Shown here: positions 23,707 to 36,797 of the stretch, one piece after another
How the letters are laid out: the number at the start of each line of letters is the position of its first letter
How positions within the stretch are numbered: the first letter of the stretch is position 1
NCBI GenBank assembly: GCA_028534125.1
Contig: CM052817.1
Location: 17,858,001 to 17,922,000 of the forward strand
Length of the DNA: 64,000 nucleotides
From: Lama glama
Taxonomy: Eukaryota
Reading direction: 5' to 3'
Translations under genes and position numbers: made by a program
The notes under the pieces: generated by a model
What the model was told of the DNA's origin: nothing
The model's input: the letters and a program-made list of their open reading frames with translations, nothing else
Database searches by the model: none

Positions 23707-23937
23707 TTCTAGGGGATGGCAGATAAGCCAGAGAAAGATCCCGGGTTCCTATCCTATCAGCTGTAGATTACTTATATTTAGTCAGTTGGATGAGAGGGAG
23801 ATAAATATCTAACCTGTTAAAGCAGCTGTACTGTGGGGTGTCTTTGTTATAGCAGCCTATCCTGCCCTTGCTTGGCTTATGCTCTGTCTAAAACCTGTAC
23901 TTGACTGCCACCTTCGCAGAGAGACCTCCCCCAACCA

Positions 23938-24370
23938 CCTCATCTAAAATAGCCCCTCCCATCCTCTCTAGCCCCTTAACTTGCTTGATTTTTTAATTTT
24001 ATCTGTTACTATATAACATTAAATATTTTTTAAATTGCAGTGTAGCTGATTTACAATAATATTAAATATCTTAAATTTTTTTTTATGGTCTATATCTCCC
24101 AGTAAGTTCTATGAGGGCAAGGAAATGACCAATTTTAATGTTGTATTCACATACCTGGGACAGGGGGTATCACATATGATGAGTGAACAAATGAAACAAT
24201 GAATCAATTTAAAGGATCTGGAAAGCTCAAAATATGAGAAACAAAAACATATGTCCAAACTTTTTTCATCTACCCCCCATCAGCCCCCAATTTTTGAGCA
24301 TGTATCCCTACTATAGGGTATTTATTTATTTCTAAATTATGTATGAATTTTAAAAGGACAAGGTGAAAAG
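23938..24370 (+). repeat. Local duplication, copy 1 (L2 3' end plus hAT-like fragment)
   Basis: Colinear similarity to 26831-27285, e.g. shared ttctatgagggcaaggaaatgacc and tatttatttatttctaaattatgtatgaattttaaaagga. Confidence 0.9.
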
Positions 24371-26029
24371 GAGAAATAGAACTTCCTAGGTATCAATGAA
24401 TTTTCTCAGGTACCCTCTTTGGAGCTCACTGAATTAGGAGTGATGTAAGAGAAGGCCTAGATGGAAGCTGGCATTGGAGACAGAGAAGGAACGCAGGCAC
24501 CAGCGCATATACACAGTGATTTATTGGATCCCCGAGAAAATCTCTGAGGGTATTGTCCTTCCCAGCATCTTTGCTGATGCTCCCTGTCACCCCTGGGGAA
24601 TGGTTCAAGGAGCTGACCCTCCTGAACAACTGATGTAGAATCTAGGGGAAGACCCCAGCCATGAAATAACAACAGCACATGAACAGGCTTTAGGACCAAG
24701 TGGAACCTTTTCTACTTTCCTTTAGCACAGGAGCTTGGGAGTGAGGATGGCATCTTCTTTCCTTCAATTTCTAAATTATCTGGCATGCCTACTGCTACTT
24801 TTACTTTAAATAGACCAGCTCTCATTCATTTATTAAACACACTCCACATGCCGGGCACCATGCTAAGCTGGGAGTTGAAATAAAAAAGCAAGTTTCTCAA
24901 AACCTCCCTTTTAAATGAGAGGGGGAAAAAAAAACCAAGGGAGGAGCACACATGTGGAATGATCTTTGTTGCTTACGGAGTACAGAGAGCACTTTACCCG
25001 GCACTGAATGTTCTAGCGCCTAACACTGGGGGTTAGCCCCACGGGAGTGGTGAGCAGCTGCTCCCTGGAACATTTACCTTGCTCTCCCTTGGGCCTCCTC
25101 CTGCTCCTGTCTTGTTGGCAATTTGCTTCTTTTGCTCAGCCTGCCCCAGCCTGCTCTTGATCCTGGCCACCTTGAGAGGGGCTTTTTTATGGTTAATATT
25201 TTCCACGCTGTGTCTGTTCTCTGAGTGTCTTTCTTTCTTGCTTTATTAAAACTGGATATGCTAACATTGGGTGTTTTCATCTTTACTGATACGTGGAAAA
25301 ACAAATTGTTTGTTATAATTCCTTCTTCCCAGGACTCAGGTGTGAGTCCCTGGGGGCTGATCACAGGGAAGACTGTGGAAGTGGGTCTCATGTTGAGTTC
25401 CAGCCCTCCCTCCGCACTAATCCTGTGGAGCTTGGATCATGTCTGCGCTCTTGACTTTACCATGGGATGAGCTTCTGTTCTTCACGCAAATAGGTCCTGA
25501 TAGGATTCTCCGCACTGTTCTTCCAGAGATGCAGCTGAATCCTGCAGAAAATGCCCGTGGGAGTGCCCACAAATGCATACAAGAGTGTTACACGGTTTTG
25601 TTGAAAGAGCAGGGGCCTTGCCGTCAGCAAGAGCTGGAATTGAAAGTGATTTCATCATGTGCTCATTGTGTGACCGTGGCCAAGGTACTCAACCTTTCTG
25701 AGCCTTGGGTTCCTTATCTTCATGTGACAGAGAAAGAAGAAAAGATACTAGATTATGAATATTTGCACTCTCTCCACACACACACACTCCACAATACAAC
25801 ACACCTGAAATGAGCAAGCATTCTTTGTCTGTGTAATCAGTTACTGGGCCTTAGATGGGTTCCACCAGGTTGAGACGGGGAGAGGTAAATTAAAGAAACC
25901 AGAAGAAGCCAGATTACATTACTGAGGAAAGATAGGGAGGGGCGGTGGTGAGCCAGACGGGGGCAAGTGGGAGCCTTTTTCCTGGCCATTTACAAGGACA
26001 CGCGAGCTGTGGAGCTGGGGCTTAGAAGA

Positions 26030-26510
26030 TGGGTCATTTCACATCTTCCAAGAAGCAGATGCCCAGATGGAATTAGCAGTAGAGAGATTTGTTTGAGAAA
26101 ATGCCTGTAAAATAAAAGAGAGAGGAAGTGGGAAGAGCAGGAGGGAAGTTTGACATCTGTGAAGAAACTTAGAAGGAAGGAGGTTGAATGAAAGCTTTTG
26201 TCTGCAGTGCAGCTCTGAGGGAGTCTTGGCCAGGCTGATGGGAGCCCCAGAGCCCAGACTGCCCAGGAGAGGAGGCATGCACTGGCAGGAATGGCTGGGC
26301 TCAAGTACCCTCCACCACACACATTGCCTGGGAGCAGCCCAGGGAGGGGTGGCCTTACTCTTCTTGCTGTCAAAGGTGCCAAAGGTGCTGCAGCACAAGG
26401 CTGTCAGCTACCGCATGTTCATTCTCGATGGGAGATTAGAGACGTATGCTCCCATGTCTGCTGTAGATGAAGGGGTAAAGACGGCCCTCGCCCTATACAC
26501 CATCATGGCT
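26030..26510 (-). mobile_element. ERVL-class LTR (LTR16-like)
   Basis: aagcagatgcccagatggaattagcagt...gcagtgcagctctgagggagtcttggccaggctgatgggagccccagagc. Confidence 0.6.
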
Positions 26511-26541
26511 GCAGGGTTGATGGTCACTGTTCAACTGGCCG

Positions 26542-26830
26542 TGTTACTGTTCTGTTGCTGCTCTGACAATTACCAAATACTCTGTGGCTTAAAACAGCAC
26601 CACTTTACATCTTATAGGTCTGTAGGTTGGAAGTCCAAGAGCAGTCTCACTAGGCTAAAGGTAAGTGTTGGCAGGGCTGTTTCTTTCTGGATGATCTAGG
26701 AGAGGATGTGTCTCTTGGTCTTTTGCAAGCTCTGAAGACTCATGGTTGGCTTCCTCCATCTCCAAAGCCAGCAATAGCCAACGAGGTCTTTACATCTCAT
26801 CACTTTGGCCTTTCTTCTGGGGTCACGTCT
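26542..26830 (-). mobile_element. MaLR LTR (MLT1D-like), truncated
   Basis: ttgctgctctgacaattacca...gtggcttaaaacagcac...gtaggttggaagtcc...tgttggcagggctg. Confidence 0.75.
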
Positions 26831-27285
26831 CCTCATTTAAAATAGCACCTCCCATCACCTTTAGCCCCTTGACCTGCTTGACTTAATTGTATATGTATAT
26901 TTTATATTAGATATAAAATATAATATTTTACATAAAATATTTTACATAAATATAATATAAAATATTTTACATAATTTTCTTACCATCTATATCTCCCAGG
27001 AAATTCTATGAGGGCAAGGAAATGACCGATTTCAGTGTTGTATTCGCACACCTGGGATGGGGGAAGAACAATAGGGGCTGAATGAATATCTGATGAGTGA
27101 ATGAATGAAAAAAATGAAAAAATGTAAAGGGTCTGGAATACTCAAAATATGAGAGACTAAAACAGGTTTTCAAACATTTTTCATTTATCCCCCATCAGCC
27201 CCCAGTTTTTGAGCATGTAACCCTACTATAGAATATTTATTTATTTCTAAATTATGTATGAATTTTAAAAGGATAAGATGAAAAG
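26831..27285 (+). repeat. Local duplication, copy 2
   Basis: See copy 1 at 23938-24370; carries an internal AT-rich (ataaaatattttac)n expansion near 26910-26972. Confidence 0.9.
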
Positions 27286-28451
27286 AAGTAACATATTGGA
27301 GAAAAGCCCTACAAAGGCAATGCTTATAGGAAGTCCTTTAGACAGAGCTCAAACATCAATCCACATTTCAGAATTCCCAGGTAAATAATGGAAGGCAGAG
27401 AAGACTTTAACAGACACTGGCAATCCATACATTGATCAAACCCTACAAATAAAAAGAACATAGAGACCCCGTTAGCCCGTGTCACTCCTTACTCATGTCA
27501 GAGGATTCATGCTGGGGACTGAAGGTGAAACTTTTCTTAGTTACAGATTTCATTGGTTTAATATCAGCCAAGTCACAGCCATGGGGAAACTGAATTTGGC
27601 CATGTCTTTTGTCAGAGCTCAACCTTACTGACAAGCAGAGAATTCTAACTGGGGAGAAGTCCAAATCACGGAGCAAGTGAGTAATTTGAATACACAGGTA
27701 GCGAAGTGTGAGAAATGTGAAGAAATCCATTTGCCTACGTAAAGCCATGGTTTTCACTACCATTTCACAGAAAGTATTGCTAAAGCCAAACAGTAAGGAT
27801 GCTGAGGACTTCTGTCTTTGAATCAAAATCAACTGAGGCAGAGGCTGCAGACAGGCATCCGTCCGCTGCTACTGCAGCAAGTGTAGAAGCAGCTACTTGG
27901 TTATAAGGAAAGCTTATCGCATTTGTTTTCAAAAGCCTTGCCTTTTAATAATGCGTATTACAGGAATCATGAATACATTTCTTTTTTTTTAATGGATAGA
28001 GTTATGAGTCGATTCCAAATGTCTCTGAGGAGATTTTGAAAAACAAATCACTCCAGAATGAAAAGTTTCCAAGTGAGGGGAGTCCTGATACACAGCGAGG
28101 CTCTGATTCCTCCTCAACTCCCCATCCATCTCCCACCCCAGTGCAACCTTCAGTAGAGAGTCACGTAGCTTTCAGTGCCAGCAGGTCAAACTCGTGCTTC
28201 TTTTAAGGTGGCCTTGTTTTATTTGGGTTGTGGGTAAAAGCGCGATTAACACCTACCTTTGGGAGAAAACAAAAAGCAAAACAACACAAAAATCTACCTT
28301 TTCGTGTTTCGAGGAATAAGTCAAGGCATGTGGAATTGCTATACTGAGCACCTAACATGTACCTGTCACTATTCCATGTGGCAGGAATGAAGCAATAAAC
28401 AGACGGATGTGGTCTTGCCCTCAGGGATCTTAATAAGTGGTCATTTTTCTT

Positions 28452-28475
28452 TTTGTGGGGTGGTGGTGATTAAGT

Positions 28476-28527
<52 letters not shown>

Positions 28528-28623
28528 TTTAGTGCCCTTTTTTTTAATGGAGGTACTAGAGTTTGAACCCAGGACCTCGTGCATGCTAAGCACTTACTCT
28601 ACCACTGAGCTATAACCTTGCCC
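28452..28623 (-). mobile_element. Vic-1-like tRNA-derived SINE
   Basis: Reverse complement gives ...TATAGCTCAGTGGTAGAG...CTTAGCATGCACGAGGTCCTGGGTTCAAAC; TSD TCATTTTTCTT at 28441-28451 and 28624-28634. Confidence 0.9.
28477..28524 (+). repeat. (TATC)12 microsatellite inside the SINE
   Basis: Direct reading. Confidence 0.95.
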
Positions 28624-29356
28624 TCATTTTTCTTCCATTTAGGACATAATTCAACCAAAAGGAAATTTTGGATCTCCTTGCAATCCTGATTTCACACCTG
28701 CACAGACAAGCAACCCCCTTGATTGACGTGACATTGATTAGTTGTGATAATAAGAATCTTGGCTAATGGTTGCTGCTTGCACTTGAGGGGTTTTGGGGTG
28801 TTAATGTGTCGACTCCTCACATCATGCCTATAAATCAAGTGTCTGCATTACCCCCATTCTAAAGTTAAGGACAAAGGAGCACAGAGGTCTTGAAGCACTT
28901 AGCAAAGATTGGGCAGAGGTGAGATTTAAACCAGATGTTGGCCTTCAAAGCTGCTACTCTACAGAGACACCACTTTACCACCGGAGTGAAAAGGCCCCTT
29001 CCCCCGGGAGAGAAAAGTGCTATCTAATGACCCTGCCCACGCAGCCCTTAATGAGTTAACTGTTGGACAAATGTTTGCTTTTCATAAAACCAACCTTAAT
29101 GCCTTTATCTTTCCAAATGTGTGTAGTGCCGACAAGGCCGTTCAGGGAGCCAGGGAACAGAGGCAGGCCGAGTAAGCCTTTATTTACATTTTGAGAGGAC
29201 TGTCCAGCGCTTTTCTGGTCCACAGAAGAACGCTAACATTCGGGTTCCCACCACTGTCTGGGGCTGCTGCTCCCCATCCCCTCCGCTGCCAGGACAGAAG
29301 GCTCCCTTCATGCTCAGGATGTTGAGATTGCCTCTGCTCTCAGTTTCAGATATTTT

Positions 29357-29586
29357 TGTTTGTTTTTGTGTTTTATTGAAGTATAATTGACTTACAGTGT
29401 TGTGTTAATTCCCAGTGTACAGCATAGTGATTCAGTTATACAGAAATATATATATATGTATGTATATATACATTCCTTTTCATATTCTTTTTCATTATGG
29501 GCCATTACAAGATACTGAATGTAGTTCCCTGTGTTACACAGCAGACCTTGTTGTTTATCTATTTTATATATAATAGTTAGTACGGA
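29357..29586 (-). mobile_element. Lineage-specific L1 3' end
   Basis: ttttattgaagtataattgacttacagtgttgtgttaatt...tagttccctgtgttacacagcagaccttgttgtttatct; TSD CAGATATTTT at 29347-29356 and 29587-29596. Confidence 0.88.
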
Positions 29587-30949
29587 CAGATATTTTCTAT
29601 GCCAATGCCAGGAATAATTCTCCAGCAGATTGCTGTGTTACTCCTTCATTTGTTGCCCTGGTTAATTTTTCTCCTACTGCCGTATTCATTTCTCTTGTGA
29701 ATGACATATCTTTTCTGGATTCATTCCTCTCTACTTTTTTTCTCTTTGCTCATTTCATTTTTTTCTTCCTGTTATTCAAGGTTAATAGTGATATTAATGT
29801 CTTCTGTTTGAATAGTGCTCTCTGAATTACAAATGCTTTCATTCACTGACTTTAATCCTCTCCACAGTTTCATGAGATGGGTATTTTTACACCCATCATA
29901 CAGATGAGAAAACTGAGACTCAGGTGATTTTGGTGTTTTGTCCAATGTGATTGTGGTGGATGTTTGTTGTTCACTTGGCATCCATTTCCCCTTTTTTTTA
30001 AACACTGTCCCAATTTTTTTGGCTTCGACTTCCCCGGTCTTAGGGCATGAGGTCCCTGTGAGGCTGAATCAGTCAATGGTTCCACAAACGGATATTAGAG
30101 TAACACACCACCTGAGCGTCACTGCAGATTGGTCAGTGACCTCCTCAGAGGCAACCCAAACTTATCCTGGGAGCCTTTCTGAGAAAGGCCTTCTTTTTTA
30201 CTGCTCGTGAAGCTGGAGGACCCACAGGAGGAAAGAGATGACTGAAAACGGGGCTGATGCAGAAGGACGCAGAGTTGAAGACAGTAGGCTTCTTTATAAC
30301 CTGGATCCAGCTGGAAGTTTCGGCTCAGCGAGCCAAGACCCACCCCTTCTGACTTAAGCCAGGTGAGCTGAGTTTCTGCGGCCAACTCCTGATCACAGCC
30401 CATGTGCACAAAAGCAGCCCAGCCGACGTGACCCAGCTCACCTGATTCCGCCCCTGGTGTGTTTGCCCTTGCTCAGAGCCACCTTCGAAGGACCGGCTGT
30501 CCCACCCATCTGAAGGTGACTGGAGAGCACAGGGGCCACTTCATTGTGATGTCACCCCCTTACTGCTCCCCAGCACCGCCAAGAACTTCACGTTTCTCCC
30601 AGAAGCTGCACTTCTATCTGTTTAAGGCTTTTCTCTAATATCTTTCCAGTGATAAAAACAGAGTAAAAATGTCCAGCCTGTAAACCTCAGGTCACCCATT
30701 TCTCATTTTGAGTAGAATGGTGACCTTTCTCATTTTTTAAAAGCTTCCTTTGTCCTTCTGAAGAACTGAAAAATAATAGTTCATAGCTTTGCAGTAGCGT
30801 TTTCCAGTCCCCTGGGTACCTTAGAATAAATGCCATCAAGCTCGGCTAACTGGAGTGCATTCAACTTCTAAATACTCTCAGTCATTCTATTTGTAGAGAC
30901 AGAGATTAAGGAGAAAGCAGTAAGAGCTGCCAACCTTAGTGATGCTATT

Positions 30950-32390
30950 TTTGTTTATTTCTTTTGCATTTTAAAATTTTTTCTCAGATTTTTATTACAC
31001 TATTAATACATATTTCCTGCAAAACTTTAAAATAAAGAACATAAAATTAAAAACATACCCCACCCTCCAATAGTTCAATTCTCCAGAAAATAATTACAGA
31101 ACAGGGAATCCAGAAATATAACAAATCATATTTGAATCTTTCCTACTAATTTCTTTTGCATTTCAAACATATTCTTTGAAGAAATAAAAAGTACATATAT
31201 TTATAAAAATACTCCTTTTCCCCAGCCTCAAATTTCACTCCCTTAGGGCAGCAATTGGATATTTTGTACTGTTCTGCAATAGTTTTGATTTTTACTTAAG
31301 ATTATATGATGGATCAACATACGTTGTTCTACTCCATTCTTTCCAAATGTTACATGATAGTTCATAGTCTATTTATACCATAATTTATTTAATCATTCTC
31401 CAGTTGATGAGCACTTAATTTTTGTCTATTTTCTATGATTATAAACAATAAAGCAACAAATATCCTCATATATGTTATCTTTATACACAGGCACAAGTAT
31501 TTCTGAAGGTTCAGTTTCTAAAAGTGGAATTTCTGGGTCATAGGTGAAATATATATGTATTTTTTCATTTTTTAGATATTGTCAAATAACACTCCAAAAA
31601 TGTTTTATCAGTTTATACTGTCATCAAAATTGTATACTTTGCATACACTTTTTATATAAAGTACCTATTTCTCAACATCCTTGCCAATACCATAGGTAAT
31701 CAATTTTTTATATTTTTGCCAGACAGCAGGTGGAAAATGGAATCTTTGTTGCGACTTTAAATCCTCTTCTTTTACTATTGGTAGTGGTTTGCTCCTTTTA
31801 AATATTTACTAACCATTAATATTTCTTCAGTGAATTTCCTTAATATATCATTTGACCATATTCCTATTGAGTTTTTTGCCTTTTTCTTACTGATTTTGTA
31901 GGAACTCTCTATATTGTTTTTCATTTGTTTGTTTGTTTGATCTCAGGTCCCCTGAAAGCTTTCAGATTATTGGATCACTTACATTGTGATCCATGGTTGT
32001 TTATTTTATTCTAATTTTCCAAATAGAAGAGATCCCCCCATTTTTAGGTAGTCAAACTTGTCAGTTTTTTCCTAATGTAGTGGTTTTCTTGGTTTCACTT
32101 CATCATTAGGAAAATCTCCTGCAATCAATAATTGATTTTTCTCCAATACATTTTAACCCTTTTAATTTTATTTTTATTTTATTTGGTATGAAGTAGGATC
32201 TTCATTTAAATTTAATAAATTGGTTGTCAATTATTCCAACATACTCTGTTGAATAGCAGTTTATTCTTTTTCTTTTGATTTGAAATACCACCTTTATCAT
32301 ATTTCCTAAACCTGTCTTTATTCTATTTCTGGGCTCCCTGCTCTCTTCCAGGATTATACATGCATATTCTGAACCAGTGTTGCCGTATAT
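30950..32390 (-). mobile_element. Old L1 (L1ME-like), ~1.4 kb degraded
   Basis: AT-rich with L1 antisense motifs: tttatttaatcattctccagttgatgagcactt, aaaagtggaatttctgggtcatag, ttccaacatactctgttgaatag, tctatttctgggctc. Confidence 0.72.
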
Positions 32391-32419
32391 CTGTGCTCTA
32401 AGTTACCCATTACATGCGG

Positions 32420-32620
32420 CATATGGTCAAAGCATGGACCCTGGAGCCAACTGACTGCCTGGCTTCAAGTCCTGGCTATACCATTTACTAGCTGTGTGAC
32501 TTTGGGCAAGGGACTAATCCTTTTTGGACCATGCTTTCCTCATCTAGAAAAAATGACCAATAATAGTATCAGTTAAGATAAGATATGGCGAGCATTTAAT
32601 TGAATGCCTGGCTCATTAAA
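32420..32620 (+). mobile_element. MIR SINE
   Basis: agcatggaccctggagcca...ttcaagtcctggctataccatttactagctgtgtgactttgggcaag. Confidence 0.82.
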
Positions 32621-33364
32621 AGTGGTATATTCCTAGGGAACGTCAAGTCCAAGACCCACTACGTGCCCTGTGCTCCTTTTGTGGATATATTTTTAAATCT
32701 CCATTTGGAAATAATAATGAATAAGATTTAGAAATATTAAGAAACTTGCCTAATGTGTGATGTGGTGGAACCCTGGTCCTAAACTGTCTCAGTGTAAGAC
32801 AAGTGCTCTTTCCTCTCTGTCATCCTCCTTTTAAACACCAGGCACTATGCAGCAATGGTAATTTTTGACTCCTGTTTTTCTTATATCGTGTTTGTATTAC
32901 TAGTCCCCTGGATCTGAAATCAGCTTTCCCCCAAACTGTTGTTTTTACCCTCTCTTGATCCCCTGGTTTCCATGCAGAGGAAGGACGCCTGTGTCAGTTT
33001 GTTCTCCTAAGGGATTCCCCTTGCACTAAGAATTGGGGAAAACAAACCAACCAACCCTAAAACATAGGAATACATTTTCTATTCTCATGGTTTCATAGCC
33101 ATGTTATCAAAAACAATATTCAGCATAGGCTGTTGACCAAAACTTACAATTATTTTAATTCTACCGAATTTTTAAAATGGTATTCCTGGTAATAGATTTG
33201 GTCACTGTGCCCTCGGTTTGCTTTCTGCTCTGAGTTCCCAGGACATCCTACACTCTACCACCCTCTGCTCTTTTTGGCAATTTGATGGGCATCCTCTTCA
33301 GCTGGTTCCAACACTTCGAGGATTGTTCTTTCCTGGATCAAAGATCCTTTATGTTGAAAACCTA

Positions 33365-34195
33365 CTGGCAGAGACTAGCTAGATACTCACCAGTCCAGTT
33401 TCCTCTTCCTAAACACATGGGAAAATTAGATGCCCTGCCTTCCCTTGTGGGTAGAGCGGGGCCTCGTGCTGAGTTATGGCCAGTGGAATGTGATCAGAAG
33501 TGATACACACTACTTTCAGGTCTGACAATAGACTACAATGTGTGTGGTGGTTAATTTTATGTGTCATTTTGATTGGGCCACAATTTCCCAATATGTGCTC
33601 AAAAATTGTTCTGGATGTTTCTGTGAGGGTATTTTGGGGTGAGATTGACATCAGAATTGGTGGACTTGGAGCAGAGCAGATTGCTCTCCATAATGTGGGT
33701 AGGCCTCATCCAGTCAACTGAAGGCCTGAATAAAACAAAAGACTGGCATTCCTGCAGCAAGACAGAGTTCTGCCAGCAGACGGCCTTCACCTTTGACCTG
33801 CTGCCTCGCGCTTGCCCAGTCTCCAGCTCACCCACCCAACCTGCAGATTTTGGAATTGCTAGACTCTATAATTACATGCACTAACTCTTTAAAGTAAATC
33901 TTTCCATATACACACACATTTTACTGATTCTGTTTCTCTGCAGAACCATAACTGCTACAGTGTGCTGTTCTCCGTGCTATTTTGTTCCCCAGCTGCATGG
34001 CTGGAAATAAAGTTCTCTAAGATGACAGAGCCACGTGGTAGAAGGAGCTTGGATCCCTGAGTTATCATAAAAGGCACTCTGTCCAACAGCATCATCTGAC
34101 TGCATCAGACTTTGTATGAGCTAGCAATAAATGTCTTTTTGTTAAGTCATTGAGACGTGTTACAGCAGCTAGAGTTACTTGTCCTAACTAATATA
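33365..34195 (+). mobile_element. MaLR LTR (MLT1) interrupted by an MLT2 LTR
   Basis: ccctgccttcccttgtgggtag...tggccagtggaatgtgatcagaagtgat before the insert; agaaggagcttggatccctga...gttacagcagc...cctaactaata after it. Confidence 0.72.
33543..33959 (+). mobile_element. ERVL LTR MLT2 (solo)
   Basis: TGTGGTGGTTAATTTTATGTGTCA start, ctccataatgtgggtaggcctcatccagtcaactgaaggcctgaata core, CA end; 5-bp TSD atgtg/gtgtg. Confidence 0.88.
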
Positions 34196-34352
34196 CTTAG
34201 ATACATTATTGTCTGCAAAATCCAATGAAAAGGTCTGACCTTTCTGAAACTCTTTCTTGAAACTAGAAATTTTGCTTCGAAGATATCCTGACCTTGGAGA
34301 TCTATCACACTTGAGTAATAATCCTGGGGCTGAATCTATATGATCCTAATAT

Positions 34353-34538
34353 TTTTTTCTTCCAGTTTTATTGGGCTATAATTGGCATGCAATAGTGTAT
34401 AAGTGTAAGGCATACAGCATAATAATTTGATATATATACATCATGAAGTGATTATCACAGTAAGTTTAGTGTACATCTATCATCTCATACATGCACAAAA
34501 TTTAAAAAATAGGAAAACAATGTTTTTCTTGTGATGAG
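34353..34538 (-). mobile_element. L1 3' end (L1MA9-like)
   Basis: ccagttttattgggctataattggcat...acagtaagtttagt...tttttcttgtgatgag; flanked by tgatcctaata/tgatcttaata TSD. Confidence 0.78.
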
Positions 34539-35609
34539 TGATCTTAATAATATTGTTACATTTTCACAATTGAGCTCATAAAGTGATTTACAAACATTGT
34601 TTTAATAATTTATTCAAAAAATGTCTACAGATTGCCAGTCAAGTTCTTGGCACCGTTAGCGTTAAGGACACAACAGTGAACAAAGTATGCATGATGCCTG
34701 CACCACAGAATACATAACCTTGTGGGGAATTTACGTCTCTCAAAACCTTGTAAGGGTCACACAATCATCTCGACAGATGAGGAAAAGGAAGCACATAGAA
34801 GTTAGGTGGCTCTATTAAGCTCTTTCTTGGTAAGGAGACCTGTCTTGTTGACTCACTAACTAAGCCATCCTACATGCGGTGAACAGTATATATTTCTGCT
34901 TTCAGCTTCAAGCAGCATTTGATTCAGGAGGAAAGCTCTTTGTTCACCACTGCTCTTGCTTGCTTCATCCTGAACACCTCCACTTTCTGTACAAAATTTA
35001 GTGTCCAGCAGGCCATGGAAACCATAGGTTTCATTTCCACTGGTGTGCACATCCAAATGTATCACCGAGGCTTTTGACTGGAAGCAACAGAAACTAAATT
35101 TGGTTAACTGGGGCAGAAAAGGGACTCATTAGAAGGATACTCTGTTTCTAATAGGAATGTTGGAAAATTTAAAGAGCCAGTTGGAAAAAGTGGCAGGAGT
35201 CCAGGTTAGCAGAAACATAAACATGACTACATCTCAGGAACTTTCCAGCAAGGCAACCATTGCCACTGTGGCTACTGGATTAAAAATTGCTGCTTCTGCT
35301 ATAAATACTGTCCCTGCATCTTTGTATCATTTTCTAGATGGAATAACTGAGTCTCAAAACCTGTCCAGATATCCCTGCTAAAGTGGCCAGGGACCAGGGA
35401 GAAGGATCCATTTGATCAGAAAGGGTGTGGGGCACAGATTCGGGGTAGCCAAAAGTAATGAATACCCATCCCATTAAGAGGATCCCGAGTGATACTGGGG
35501 TGCAGAGGAAAGGCAAGACCACAAGAAACTCCCAGCCGTGGTGACCCCAGAAGCCAGGCATCAGCAGGGTTTTAATTCTGGGGTAGAGAGGATCTAGCAA
35601 GTTTGGAGC

Positions 35610-36170
35610 AATAGTAATCAAAATTCTGGGCTTCAAGAAATAAAGACAAACTCAAAATACCTTAAGCAAAAAGAGGACTTTATTGCCCAATGAAATGGAA
35701 ATGTACAAGAATATTTTGGCTTTAAATATGACTTGATCCAGAGATTCCAGTGATGTTACCAGAATCCAGTCTCACCATCTCTGAACAATACGCTCCTGTA
35801 TGTTTACTCTAAACTCAGGCTCTACTTTGTGGCAAGATGGCTACCAGCAGCCCCAGGCCCACGTTCTCCCAGGTTCATAGTCAGTAGAAAAGAGTGTATG
35901 CCCTTCTCCAGAAAGTCCCAGTAGAAGCCTAATTAGGACTCATTGGCTTGTACTGGGTGACATGCCCATCCGTTAACTCATCACTATGGTCAGGGAAACA
36001 TGATACATGATATCTGACTGGCTAATCCCAAGGCACATGCTCCCCCTAGAGTTGGGGTAGAGTGAAGTCTACCTGTGGCACAAGGATAGAAAGCAGGGGA
36101 GGAACTGGTCCTTCAGAGCAAAACCAGAAGAGGGCAAATGTGTGTTAGCAGCAAAAACAAGATGTCCAGC
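35610..36170 (-). mobile_element. MaLR LTR (MLT1J/K-like)
   Basis: cttaagcaaaaagaggactttattg...cttgatccaga...gtggcaagatggctaccagcagc...ctcattggct...gggtgacatgccca. Confidence 0.7.
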
Positions 36171-36797
36171 CTGAAGCAGGCCCCTAGGCAGTGGTGGAAC
36201 ATGTGGGCCAGAAGGTCTAACCTGGCAGATAAATAAGGGATTGGTCCATGTGGGGAACCCTAGTGAAAACCAAGGAGGTGGTGCAGAAGAAACTGGGAAT
36301 GGAGCAGCAAAGAGAAGGCTTAGGGACCAGAAGCTGGCCTGGTGGGTCAGAGCTTTCCCAGGCAGAACATATACTTGTTCTATAAAACAAATTTCGGACT
36401 CCAGCTGCTGTAGGGTATGAGCTGATTGGTAAGTATGAACCCAAGGACTGTATGGGAATGAGCGGTTTGGCTCCTGTGGATTCCAGGAGGCTGGGGCCCA
36501 GCCCAGTTTACTCGGGAAGCTGAGGGCAGTGTAGGGAGCTAGATCAGCAACCTCCCTTGGTCCTTTGGTTCTATTCATACATCTCCAAGTATCTCTGCCC
36601 TCCTGCTTAATCTTGCCGACATCCCCATTTCACCCTCCTGCCTTATGTCTCTGTGATGAGCTGGGTTTCTTGCTCCCCTCACTTAGCCATCTGGCTCTGA
36701 GCCACAGCTTGTTTGGGCTCCCAGGCAACCAGATCACGATGCAGGGGTCAGGTGCTGACCTCAGACAGACTCTAGTCTTTGGTGTCTCCTTGCTCCT

